Positions 37,753 through 50,172 of a stretch of 64,000 nt of DNA are shown here, one piece after another (position 1 is the first letter of the stretch; each line of letters opens with the position of its first letter). Below the pieces are notes generated by a model, which did not search any database, had not been told where the DNA came from, and saw only the letters and a list, made by a program, of their open reading frames with translations. Origin of the DNA: Haliotis rubra (lineage: Eukaryota); the NCBI RefSeq assembly GCF_003918875.1, contig NW_025767002.1, positions 1,116,001 through 1,180,000 of the forward strand, given 5' to 3'. Position numbers and translations under genes: made by a program.

Positions 37753-38388
37753 ACAACTATAGTCTGTTTGCAGTGAAAACGTACAGATGAATTCCACTTT
37801 AAACAAAAAACGTAAATCGAATAAAGTGAAAATAAGACTACGAATCCTCATAATTTTACCTTACCAATTGAACAGTTAAATCTCAGAATCTTATTCAACT
37901 TAGGATAAAAAGTGTTTAACAAACGATCATGGTTTCAAACCGCTATTATTGGTTTGTATTACAAGGGGGTATGCACATTAGATGAAACACCTAGAACAGG
38001 TATGGTTGGTCTAAGTTAACGCTCATCACGTACCGCACGTGCATTTGTTTCACTGTTCCAACTACTACGCTTACCCCCTTGTAATACAAACCAATAACAG
38101 CGATTTGAATCTATGATCGTTTGTTAAAGAACTTTTATCCTAAGTTGAATATAATTCTGAGATTTAAATTGTCATGAAATAACATGCCAACTATATAGTC
38201 TGTTTGCAGTGAAAACGTATCGATGAAGTTCACCTTAAGCAAAAAAGTGAATCAAATAACGTCAAATTAAGAATGCGAATCCTTATAAGTTTACCTTGCC
38301 AATTAAACATTTAAATCTCAGGATTATATTCAACTTAGGTTAAAAGTTGTTTTACAAACGATCATAGATTGGAATCGCTATTATTGGG
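37753..38388. repeat. Compound direct plus inverted duplication
   Basis: 37753-37953 is repeated at 38188-38388; 37876-37970 is inverted at 38072-38167. Confidence 0.8.
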
Positions 38389-38560
38389 TTGGTGGAGAAA
38401 TATATCTTCGATGTAACCACACACACACACACAACCACACAACCAACCACACAACATACAGTGAATGCTTTAAGTGAGTCTAAACTTTTGATGCGTAATA
38501 CATATTGTGGACGATATTCACTCACTTTCCAATGACAACGTTCCTTTCGATTGAATTGTC

Positions 38561-38743
38561 AAGGTCCGGGTTAGAATATGTCTTCAGTCACCCATGCTTG
38601 TATAAGCGACGACTAACGGATCAGGTGGTCAGGTTCACTGATTGGTTGACACGTCTTCATATCCTAATTGCGTAGATCGATGTTCATGATGTTATATAGC
38701 TGGTATGTTGCTGAGTGCGGCGTAGAACTATTATAACTCACTC
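38561..38743 (+). mobile_element. SINE-like family C, degenerate
   Basis: aaggtccgggttagaat...gctgagtgcggcgta. Confidence 0.75.
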
Positions 38744-40371
38744 AGTGAATTATGTCAACCTGACCTGTTCAGCTGCAGGAATTATGTCAAATGTTGCCTA
38801 CCATAGCCCCAATCTTCAGCTCTGAAAGATTTTACAAGTCCCCCAGCCCATGGACTTCGGTTGAAAATCTTTCGGTTGAAAATCTTTCCAAACCTTTCCA
38901 AATGTTTAAAACAGCTGTATATACTAAAGTGAACAGTAACGTTTGTCACAGTGACAGAGGGGAAGTGACTAACCTCTTAACATTAAAGTACTGTCGGAAA
39001 TAGAAGAAAACTGGGTTTTTTTTTCATATTTATCTCTACAATTTATGTAGTGGATATGTGAAAGTGAAATATCTGATAAACTAAGTTCGGCCTAACTGCA
39101 GTCTCGGTGGTAGGGAGATAGGAAACGTAATAAAAGGACTTTAGTGAGGAGAGATTAGTGCAGAAATGAGCAATGAGGTTTTTTTAGTAAGTCCAAAGCG
39201 ACTTATTTGGAACAGACCATGGCTCTATGCAAATTAGTGTGCAATGATATTGTATTACAAAGGACACTTTTTAAATGCCCATCTTGAAATTAGACTTAGC
39301 TTCATTATAAACGATAGCTGACGTACAAAATAATAACTTTCATGCTGAAACTATTAAGGATGTAGCTACCATGGAGTCTCACTGTCACTGTAAAAAGGAA
39401 CAGATAGGAGGTGTCATCTCAAAAGTAAAACCTGGGCGGGTGTCGCATACGATGGTTGGGGTCGGGCTGGCGGATAGAGATATCAGCTAAGATAAGATAA
39501 TCCTTTAGGAGGCTTATACTGGGGAGGTACACGGCATGTTATAACAATTTACAAATAATATCTGGTCCTGTCGATCTTCGGGTCTTCATGCCACCCATAT
39601 ATTTTGAGATATTTCATACGATGCTTTTCTATGGTTATGAAGTATCATACTCTTTTACATACATTTCTCAACATAAGCTTTATAAAAGAAAGACACGTAA
39701 GATGTTACTCAATAGCTGAGACATATTAAATGCACATGAAAAAGTACAAAATATCTTTGATGACCCCTTGTGCCTGTAGGCAGCACATGTATTTCATGCC
39801 AGGTGAGTCGACGGTCCGCCATATGGCTGGAATATTAATGAGTCGGCGTAAAACTAACATCACTCACTGTTCCCCATAGACACAATACGTGAAGACTTAT
39901 CGGAGTCACAGATACTGTTTGAACACTGTTTAAATGTCACATTCTACGCCATATGGATACACTACATGGCTAATTCGTGAAGTGTGATACCACTCATGTC
40001 TAATATATAAATGTAGATCTTCTTGCTATGTTTCCCCCTGGTCATTATTGTCCCATGATACCAGATCGAGTGGTCAGACGCTGTGCCTTGCTTGTGTGTT
40101 ATTACTCATAGCATCTGACTCAACATCAGCCGTCATATATCTAGAATATTGCTGAGAGCGGCGTAAACCTCAAATCACTCACTCACTCACTCACTCACTC
40201 ACTCACTCATAGCATCTAACTCAACATCAGCCGTCATATATCTAGAATATTGCTGAGAGCAACGAAGTCACAACCATATCTACCAAACACAGTTGTAAAC
40301 AAATAACAAAGACATTGCTTTTGAACTTTAACAAATTTTGTATTGATTATAAAACTAAATACTAAATGACA

Positions 40372-41539
40372 TTAACATTTGTTTCTTCTAAACAGTTTGG
40401 TAAATCGACGAAGGAAAGATCGTGACTTTTTTACATTTTGTTTCTGATTACAATTTTCGATCAAACTAGTTGTGCTGGATGACATGTGTTTCCCAGAAGA
40501 CAGATCATTTTGAGAGAGTTCCTGATGTCTTGTTGACTTATTGTCTTGTTTATGAGACACAATGTGGTCAAAGCACGAGGTCTGTGTAGCCCCTGACCTC
40601 TGAACAAGTCCAACACCCTCTCCATCTCCTGAATGTACACACAGTCTTTCAGCTCTCAACATGTCCACCTCCTTCAACAAGCGGTCCACCTGCTCCCTGA
40701 GGGACACTTTCTCATCTGAGAGTTGTCTGGCTTGTCTTTGAAGATGTTGATTCTCCACTTTCAGACATTTGGAACGGAATCGAGCATCTCGTAGGTCAGC
40801 CCGGATAATGTCCACCTTGGTCAGGGCAGCCGTCAGATGCAATTGGAGGTCAAGCTCATTGACTTGTTGTTTGATCTCTTCACTACAGTCCCAATGGAAT
40901 GGAGGCTGGAGACGAACAGGTCTTGGTTTTATCGCCACGTGTTTGGGAACCATGTCGTGGAACTCTGAAAAAGTCGAATCCAGTATATACTCGATTCAAT
41001 GGCACGTCTTAACATCAGTACATATACATCTACTGTGTTAAATGAATGAACTAGTGGACTGTTAACAATAAATAATTAATTGTTTACTTGAAGTTGCAAG
41101 AATGTAAGAGCTGAACGTATTTAACAACACGCGCACACACGCACACACACACACACACCTGTCGGTTCTGTACGTGCGAAACACTCCGCCACCTCGGAAT
41201 CAAACCCCTCACACTCGGACATGGTCAGACGCCTGGTGACTGGTTTTGGTTTTATTAAGACGTGTTTGGGAACCGCATCATGAAACCCTGAAATACCAAT
41301 ATCTGGATTTAGAATAGTGACACAATTCAATCGAAAAGTGTTAATAATATATCACATTTACATCTGCGTGAACAGCGTGGTAACAAAAGTAGTTTAAAAA
41401 AAGAGAGGTTGTGGAGATGAAAACTATTATCACAAATAACGTCACACTCACCTGTCGGTTCTGTACGTGCAAAGCACTCCGCCACCTCGGGATCAAACCC
41501 CTCACACTCGGACATGGTCAGGCGTCTGGTGACTGGCAT
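40372..41539 (-). CDS. Orphan coiled-coil gene copy 1, intact; exons 41539-41452, 41287-41159, 40964-40372; 269 aa
   Basis: Exons of 88+129+593 = 810 nt, two phase-1 GT-AG introns (CAG|GTGAGT, tttcag acceptors), open frame when spliced. Confidence 0.75.
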
Positions 41540-41617
41540 AATCTTGAGATAATCTCGATAAATGAAGAGCGTACTGCAGTGCTGCTGTAGCTGGCTGAGA
41601 TAATGTCAGACAATGGC

Positions 41618-41627
41618 GTGACGTCAC
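41618..41627. promoter_or_regulatory. Palindromic CRE GTGACGTCAC ~80 bp upstream of the orphan-gene ATG, present in all 7 copies
   Basis: Same motif near 46024, 50251, 52431, 54712, 56862 and 59876. Confidence 0.6.
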
Positions 41628-42535
41628 AATATGAACTAATGATGTCATAGCGACCGTCGAATCGGTAGATTTCGCTGTCATCCGTTCGACGGAAATACAT
41701 GTACCTTCGGAAGAAGTCGGCCTTTTTCGTCTCGAGTGTGTTCTGATTGCTACACATCAGCCGAAACATACCAAGATCATTTGATGTTCATTTTTCTTTG
41801 GTCTAATGTTGATGTTTTTTATGTATTTTGTTATGTAATTCGTTTCCGGAAGGGGCTAGATGAATTGTGAGCCATGTGATACTGTCATCACTTGTGTGAC
41901 ATTTCAGAATTGCAAACACAATATGCTGCACAGGAAAGGAACAAGGAAATCAATTTTTCCGACATATGAGCACAAAGAAATAAGTAAGGATTCATTTCAA
42001 CGGGTGGAGTGAGTGAGTGAGATGGGTTTTCGATGACCAGTGACGACATTGTGATGACGTCGCGGTTTCTACATTGTATAAAAATCGTTACAACATTCCT
42101 ATTTCTGCACACAGTGTAACCAAATTGTGTTTCATTGAACCAAGTTGATTCCATTTCATATTTCAGCAAATTAAAAACGTATAAGAAGGGTCAGTATATG
42201 TTATACGCCTCATTCTGTCTCTTATCTCAGTTTGGAAGGAGAATCATCAGGTTTTCATTTTACATTGTTTTTCTTCATAATTTACGATTAGCGTTGGCCG
42301 CCCATAATTGTAATGCAGTTCAAAGCGGCATACGATAGTACCTATCTGTTGGTAAAGATATTTTAGACTGTTGAAACTATCAGTTCACAAAAATATACAC
42401 AATAATTATATGCAGAAAACGAATGCTATTTACACAATAAAACTGACATGATATAATTCAATTAACCACATAGGTAAAGAGGCTGAATAATTCTAGTTGT
42501 AATCACGTGATGGTGATTCAAAATATTTGTTGCAT

Positions 42536-43160
42536 TCACGAATACTTGATGGTATGAAAGACTGTCGAACTCTGTTTTGAGGGAAGGTAATCGACAGCAG
42601 CGTCCAGAAGGAAGTAGTTCAAAATGGTGAGATCAAATATGTCAACTACCAAATCTAATTTTAGTTGCCTTTGTGACAATCTGGCGCTCATAGATAAAGG
42701 GAATATACTTAAAAGACACCCCAGAAATTTTGCAAGCAGTATTAGCAATTTTGAAAAGCTTGTTTTTGTTGCAATGAGAGACTCCCATACCAACATAGAA
42801 AATTGTAGGTCAACACACTTTGAATAAAGGTTTGATAAAAAACTGTCATTACTGTTTTGTCAATGCCTTGACAATAATAATGTTCAGAATCGGAAATTAG
42901 GCAAGTAACAGTGGCGTCATCTGCGAATTTCACAGTAAGCACGTCATATATTGACAAGTAACAGTCATTAGTATACAAAACGAAGAGTACGGATGAAGGA
43001 ACACAGCCATTTGGTTCTGCAGAAGAGGTTGAGAGAAAAGAAGATTGATGGCCATTTACACTGACATACTGAGTTCTATGTACCCATCTGATAATGTTTT
43101 TATTAAGACCTATATTAAATATATATAGTTTACTCCTCATAAGGTGTGGCTGTATGGTAT
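42536..43160 (-). mobile_element. Internally deleted Rex1/Babar-like LINE reverse-transcriptase fragment
   Basis: RTQYVSVNG...PNGCVPSSVLFVLYTNDC...KFADDATV...FYQTFIQSVLTY...WYGSL. Confidence 0.8.
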
Positions 43161-43376
43161 TAGTTGTTACAATTCTCTACAGATGAGAGTAAATATTATA
43201 CATCGTTTGAAATTTCACTTCTTAAAATGATAAGGTAACTATCTTGACAATTGATAGACATGGAGAAAGATAAAAAAATCAAATGTATGGGCATATCTTG
43301 ATCTGGATAGAGAAAAGAGAAAAATAACCAAATGCCGCCTGTGCGGTATATCACTGCGTTTTGCAGGCAGTACAAG

Positions 43377-43544
43377 AGTGAGTGACTGAGTTTGGTTTTA
43401 CGCCGCTTTTAGCAATATTCCAGCAATATCACGGCGGGGGACACCAGAAATGGGCTTCACACATTGCACCCATGTGGGGAATCGAACCCGGGTCTTCAGC
43501 GTGTCGAGCGGACGCTTTAACCATTAGGCTACCCCACCGCCCCT
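43377..43544 (-). mobile_element. SINE family A, full length
   Basis: TSD ggcagtacaag (43366-43376 and 43545-43555). Confidence 0.92.
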
Positions 43545-43719
43545 GGCAGTACAAGAAGTACGATGAAAAAAACAAGTGTCAAGTAAACATCCGAAAATAC
43601 TGATTCTGACCAATGGGAAATGTTAGTTAGTATATGAAGTCGGAATGAAGTAAGTGTTCACTTGTCTGATCGGAACACATGTCATGCAAGTTACGCTATT
43701 GTTTGCTTGAAAGGTATGA

Positions 43720-43797
43720 ATTTCGAGTACTCGGGTCCGAGTCGAGTCTCACCCCTCGAGTACTCGAGTCCAAGAAAATGGACTCGTTGAAGCCCTA
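43720..43797. mobile_element. Single hAT-like terminus
   Basis: Ends in agcccta (TAGGGCT on the - strand) with palindromic cgagtactcg sub-terminal repeats; no partner end found. Confidence 0.45.
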
Positions 43798-44446
43798 GTT
43801 GAAACTATGAAACTTTTATGGTGCATTAGAGTCTGTCTAATATTTTTACCCAGAATTGAAAGATGCTCTTTTGCAAACGTCCTTGCACCTTGACTACAGT
43901 CGCCCCGCTACTTAAACGCGAAGTCAAAACCGCGTTTAATCACAGCCTTTCCTTAGTTTGTACGATTCTTTTCCTATTCTGACATATAAGAGGCGACTGA
44001 CCGGACTGGGTGGTCAGGCTCACTGACTTGGTGGACACATGTCACCGTATATCAATTGTCTGGTCCAGACTCTATTATTTACAGACCGCCGCCATATAGA
44101 TGGAATACTGCTGAGTGCGGCGTAAAACAAACAAACAAATCGTTCTGATGGTTATAGTTGTTTTTAAACTGTATTATATAGTAATTAAGTGGACAATCTA
44201 GGGGAAGTAATCCCGTTAGCCTTGACCGATAATGATGACATGCTGATGAGACTTACTTCCCCTGAGCAGAAACAAAGATGGTGTCGAACAGGGAATCTCG
44301 TCTCTATTCGGTTCGTGGCTAATTCGTGAAGTGACATGTCTAATATATAAATGTAGATCTTCTTGCTATGTTTTCCCCTGGTCATTATTGTCCCATGATA
44401 ACAGATCGAGTGGTCAGACTCTGTTCCTTGCTTGTGTGTTATTGTC

Positions 44447-44846
44447 ATAGCATCTGACTCAACATCAGCCGTCATATATCTAGAATATTGCTGAGAGCGG
44501 CGTAAAACTCAACTCACTCACTCACTCACTCACTCATAGCATCTGACTCAACATCAGCCGTCATATATCTAGAATATTGCTAAGAGCGGCGTAAAACTCA
44601 ACTCACTCACTCACTCACTCATAGCATCTGACTCAACATCAGCCGTCATATATCTAGAATATTGCTGAGAGCGGCGTAAAACTCAACTCACTCACTCACT
44701 CACTCACTCACTCACTCATAACATCTGACTCAACATCAGCCGTCATATATCTAGAATATTGCTGAGAGCGGCGTAAAACTCAACTCACTCACTCTCTCAC
44801 TCACTCACTCATAACATCTGACTCAACATCAGCCGTCACATATCTA
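44447..44846 (+). repeat. Tandem amplification of a SINE 3' tail (~86-97-bp unit, ~4.5 copies)
   Basis: catagcatctgactcaacatcagccg...gcggcgtaaaactcaa(ctca)n repeated. Confidence 0.9.
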
Positions 44847-44966
44847 GTAAAAGACAACGAAGTCACAACCATATCTACCAAACACACAGTTGTACAAATA
44901 ACAAAGACATTGCTTTGGAACTTTAACAAATTTTGTATTGATCATAAAACTAACTACTAAATGACA

Positions 44967-45946
44967 TTAACATTTGTTTCTTCTAAACAGTTTGGTAAAT
45001 CGACGAAGGAAAGATCTTGACTTTTTTACATTTTGTTTCTGATCACAATTTTCGATCAAACTGGTTGTGCTGGATGACATGTGTTTCTTTGAGAAGACAG
45101 ACCATTTTGAGAGAGTTCCTGATGTCTTGTTGACTTATTGTCTTGTTTAGGCGAAACAATGTGGTCAAAGCACGAGGTCTGTGTAGCTCCTGACCTCTGA
45201 ACAAGTCCAACACCCTCTCCAGCTCCAGAATGTACACACAATCTTTCAGCTCTCAACATGTCCACCTCCTTCAACAAGCGGTCCACCTGCTCCCTGAGGG
45301 AGACTTTCTCATTCAACAGTTGTCTGGCTTGTCTCTGAAGATGTTGATTCTCCACTTTCAGACATTTGGAACGGAGTCGAGCATCTTGGAGGTCAGCCCG
45401 GATAATGTCCACCTTGGTCAGGGCAGCCGTCAGATGCAATTGGAGGTCAAGCTCCTTCACTTCTTGTTTGATCTCTTCACTACAGTCCCAATGGAATGGA
45501 GGCTGGAGACGAACAGGTCTTGGTTTTATCGTCACGTGTTTGGGAACCATGTCGTGGAACTCTGAAAACACATAAGTCGAATCTAGTATGTACTCAGTTC
45601 AATGTCAAGTCAGGCACATATATATACATGTACATGTATATGCTGTGTTTAATGGTGGGACTATTAACATTTAATCAAGAATATTATTTGTATACTTGAA
45701 GTTCCAAGAATGTGTGTTTCTTTAAGTGGCATTTAGGAGCTGGTATAATTAAAAGGAAAACTTTGCCTGATAACGGTGCAATAAAGAAGCTGTCTATCCA
45801 ACAAAAAACAAGTGTTCCTCTTCTATGTGAGAGTTGAACGGAATAACAAAACACACACCTTCCAGTTCTCTGTGTGCGAAACACTCGGCCACCTCGGAAT
45901 CAAACCCCTCACACTCAGACATGGTCAGACGTCTGGCGACTGCCAT
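44967..45946 (-). pseudogene. Orphan gene copy 2; two exons (45946-45859, 45561-44967); +2 frameshift near 45090
   Basis: One repeat unit missing relative to copy 7; last exon 595 nt rather than 593. Could be an assembly error. Confidence 0.6.
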
Positions 45947-46474
45947 AATCTTTAGATATCTCGATAAATGAAGAGCGTGATTCAGTGCTGCTGTAGCTGG
46001 CTGAGACAATGTCCGACAATGGCGTGACGTCACAATATCACCTAATGACGTCATAGCAATGCTTTGTCGGTAGATTTCGCTGTCCGTGCATCGGAAACGC
46101 CTTGGAAGAAGTCGGCATGTTTTGTTTCAAGTGTGTTCTGATTTCTCCACATAGCTGAATAGAAACATACCCTGAACATTTGATTTCTTTGTCCTTTTGG
46201 GCTCGTATTAATATTTTTTTGTGTGTTTTCGAATGTAACTCGTTTCTGGAAAGGGTCAGTTGAATTGTGAGCCATGTGATACTGTCATGTTGTGGCATTT
46301 CCTCTCAGAATTGCAAACATAATATGCTACACAGGAAATGATTAAAATGGCACAAATAAATAGAATCCATTGGCACAGGTAGATTGGAGTGAGTAAGTGA
46401 GTAATGAGCGGCTGAGTGAGTTACTGAATGAGGAAAGAAGTGAGTGAGATGTTTCAACCCCTCACGGTGCCTGG

Positions 46475-46820
46475 ATCGCCTCCCGTGGTGTAGTGGTTAG
46501 AGTGTCCGCCCGGAGAGCGGAAGGTCGCGGGTTCGATCCCCGACCGCGTCATACCAAAAGACGTTAAAATATGGTACTTGTTGGTCCCTGCCTGGCGCTC
46601 GTCATTAATGGGTACAACAAGGACTGGTCGGCTCGGAGTCAGTATAATGTGTCTGAGTGGGGTATTCATGCTTCACTGCGGCATGGTATTTCAGTGGGCT
46701 AGCACTATAAAACCAGCTTCAGTCTGGGCTAGTACAAGCAGCATCACCTACACATACACACGCATGCACGTCGTCATATGAGCGAAATATTCTCCAGCGC
46801 GACGTTGAACCCAATTTCAC
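46475..46820 (+). mobile_element. SINE family B
   Basis: TSD ctcacggtgcctgg. Confidence 0.92.
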
Positions 46821-47867
46821 CTCACGGTGCCTGGTCGTCAGCTGGCTTTGTGTGCCGCTCAGTCATGACACTGTGATGACGTCGCCTTTCAAACACTTAA
46901 ACATTGTATGAAAATAGTGGTACAACGCTCTTATTTCTGCGCATAGTGTAACCAAGTTGGGTGTCATTCAACTGAGTTGATTGCCTTCTTCCTTATTTCA
47001 GCAAATCAAGAACCTATATGCATCACCTAGCTATCGGTGAAAGTATATGTTATATTTCGCTTACTCAGTCTTTTGTCTCAATTTGAAGAGAGATAAATAT
47101 GGAAGGGGTTTTCTTTTTACTTACCAATCGTTTTTCTTTATAATTTACAATTAGACCGTCCATAATTGCAATGCTGTTCAAAGCGGTGCTAACCTCTCAG
47201 CGCTCAAACTGTTGAAACTATTACCACAAAGCCAGTTTGTTATTTTCACCTCTTTTACACAACTCTCATCCTCGATAATCTCCAGGGTATACGTTACGAT
47301 CACTCGGCTCGGGTGACACTGCCACAAAGAGACGCACATCAGACTGTATTACCCTCGAGAGAAGCATACAACTTATAGTGACATTGTACTCGATTATTGA
47401 TATATATATGTGATGTCTTGAGGACTGTACGCCAGAATCTTGAGAACGACCGCAAGAGCAAAGTTAACAGCACTACAAACTGCATAATATTTTCCCACGT
47501 TTGCTTCTATCAATAAACTAGTTATTCGTAGTATTCCTAAAGGTGTCAATTTATCCAAATAATCAGTTAAATTGAGGTGTGGACATGTTTATGTGGTTCC
47601 TGTGGTTAATAGTAACAGAATATGACAAATATGGGGTGTTGCGATACTTTTTCCATGGGTATATTTGGTTCAGATGAACAATTCTCAATTTGCCTATGTT
47701 AACGCCACGGGTTGGCAGGATACGCTCATTTTTCCAGTCATCACTATTTTTTATTAGTGAATCGCAAACATGTTTCTGGTGGAGTTGACATCATACAGTT
47801 GATTCCGCTTTTAGCAGGGAATTGTCACTATTTCATGTGATGGCGTGAGATATAAAAACTGGATTTT

Positions 47868-48320
47868 CATGACCCAGGGTCGTGATGTAGATGAAATGTT
47901 CTTGATTGAAGACAGTATATGTCTGAAACATGGACCCAGCCTTGGATTTACAAGGGTCGTGATGTAGATGAAATGTTCTTGATTGAAGACAGTATATGTC
48001 TGAAACATGGACCCAGCCTTGGATTTACAAGGGTCGTGATGTAGATGAAATGTTCTTGACTGAAGACAGTATATGTCTGAAACATGGACCCAGCCTTGGA
48101 TTTACAAGGGTCGTGATGTAGATGAAATGTTCTTGATTGAAGACAGTATATGTCTGAAACATGGACCCAGCCTTGGATTTACAAGGGTCGTGATGTAAAT
48201 GAAATGTTCTTGATTGAAGACAGTGTATGTCTGAAACATGGACCCAGCCTCGGATTTACAAGGGTCGTGATGTAGATGAAATGCTCTTGATTGAAGGCAG
48301 AATGATATGCCTGTAACATG
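47868..48320 (+). repeat. 77-bp minisatellite, ~6 copies
   Basis: catggacccagcc at 47929, 48006 and onward. Confidence 0.95.
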
Positions 48321-48967
48321 GATTGCAGCATGTGGCTTTGTTGAAGGTGAGATTTTGTTGAGGGGCCTACTTAAAAAATCGTCAACAGTTGGAATTTGAC
48401 GACTACAAAGATAATCTTTGGGTCTGTATAAGTACAGGAGCTTGGCTTAATGGTTGTTTTTTCGGGTTTTTGTTTAAAAAAACAACAATACTTGCCTGGT
48501 ATATCAAGTTTCACGAAGACCATTGTCATAAAATGGTCAGAAATTGTTTATAATAGTATTATAACGGTGAGTCTCATTACAAACTATACCTGGAGCACAT
48601 TTGATCAATTTGACTCTCTAAAACTGTGTTGTCAGCATTATTGGGGGCGAGTGATGTGAGTTTAGTTTTGCGCCGCACTCAGCAATATTCTAATGTCTAA
48701 TATATAAATGTAGATCTTCTTGCTATGTTTTCCCCTGGTCATTATTGTTCCATACTACCAGATCGAGTGGTCAGACGCTGTGCCTTGCGTGTGTGTTATT
48801 GTTCATAGCATCTGACTCAACATCAGCCGTCATATATCTAGAATATTGCTGAGAGCGGCGTAAGACAACGAAGTCACAGCCATATCTACCAAATACAGTT
48901 GTAAACAAATAACAAAGACATTGCTTTTGAACTTTAACAAATTGTGTATTGATTATAAAACTAAATA

Positions 48968-50172
48968 CTAACTTACATTAACATTTGTTTCTTGTAAACA
49001 GTTTGGTAAATCGACGAAGGAAAGATCTTGACTTTTTTTTACATTTTGTTTCTGATTACAATTTTCGATCAAACTAGTTCTGCTGGATGACATATGCTTC
49101 TTTGATGAGAGGCCATTTTGAGAGAGTTCCTGATGTCTTGTTGACTTATTGTCTTGTTTAGGAGACACAATGTGGTCAAGGCACGAGGTCTGTGTAGCCC
49201 CTGACCTCTGAACAAGTCCAACACCCTCTCCATCTCCAGAATGTACACACAGTCTTTCAGCTCTCAACATGTCCACCTCCTTCAACAAGCGGTCCACCTG
49301 CTCCCTGAGGGCCCCTCTCTCATCCGAGAGTTGTCTGGCTTGTCTTTGAAGATGTTGATTCTCCACTTTCAGCCATTTTGAACGGAATCGAGTATCTTGG
49401 AGGTCAGCCCTGATAATGTCCACCTTGGTCAGGGCAGCCGTCAGATTCAATTGGAGGTCAAGCTCCTTCACTTCTTGTTTGATCTCTTCACTATAGTCCC
49501 AATGGAATGGAGGCTGGGGACGAACAGGTCTTGGTTTTATCGTCACGTGTTTGGGAACCATGTCGTGGAACTCTGAAAAAGTCGAATCCAGTATATACTC
49601 GATTCAAGGGCACGTCTTAACATCAGTACATATACATCTACTGTGTTTAATGAATGAACTAGTGGACTGTTAACAATAAATAATTAATTGTTTACTTTGA
49701 GTTGCAAGAATGTAAGAGCTGAACGTATTTAACAACACGCGCGCGCACGCACGCACGCACACACACACACACACGCACACCTGTCGGTTCTGTACGTGCG
49801 AAACACTCCGCCACCTCGGAATCAAACCCCTCACACTCGGACACGGTCAGACGTCTGGTGACTGGTTTTGGTTTTATTAAGACGTGTTTGGGAACCGCAT
49901 CATGAATCTCTGAAATACCAATAGCAGGCTTAAGAATAGAGACACAATTCAATTGAAAAGTGTTAATAATGTATCGCATTTACATCTACGTCATCAGCGT
50001 GGTAACAAAAAGTAGTTTCCTCTCACATCCTATTCTTATGAAACAGAGGAGGTTGGTTATTATCACAAATAACGGCACACTCGCCTGTCGGTTCTGTACG
50101 TGCAAAGCACTCCGCCACCTCGGGATCAAACCCCTCACACTCGGACATTGTCAGACGTCTGGCGACTGGCAT
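48968..50172 (-). CDS. Orphan gene copy 3; exons 50172-50085, 49909-49781, 49572-48968; GC donor; +2 homopolymer shift alters the C-terminus
   Basis: A8 instead of A6 at ~49033-49040 replaces RSFLRRFTKLFRRNKC with QDLSFVDLPNCLQETNVNVS. Confidence 0.6.
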
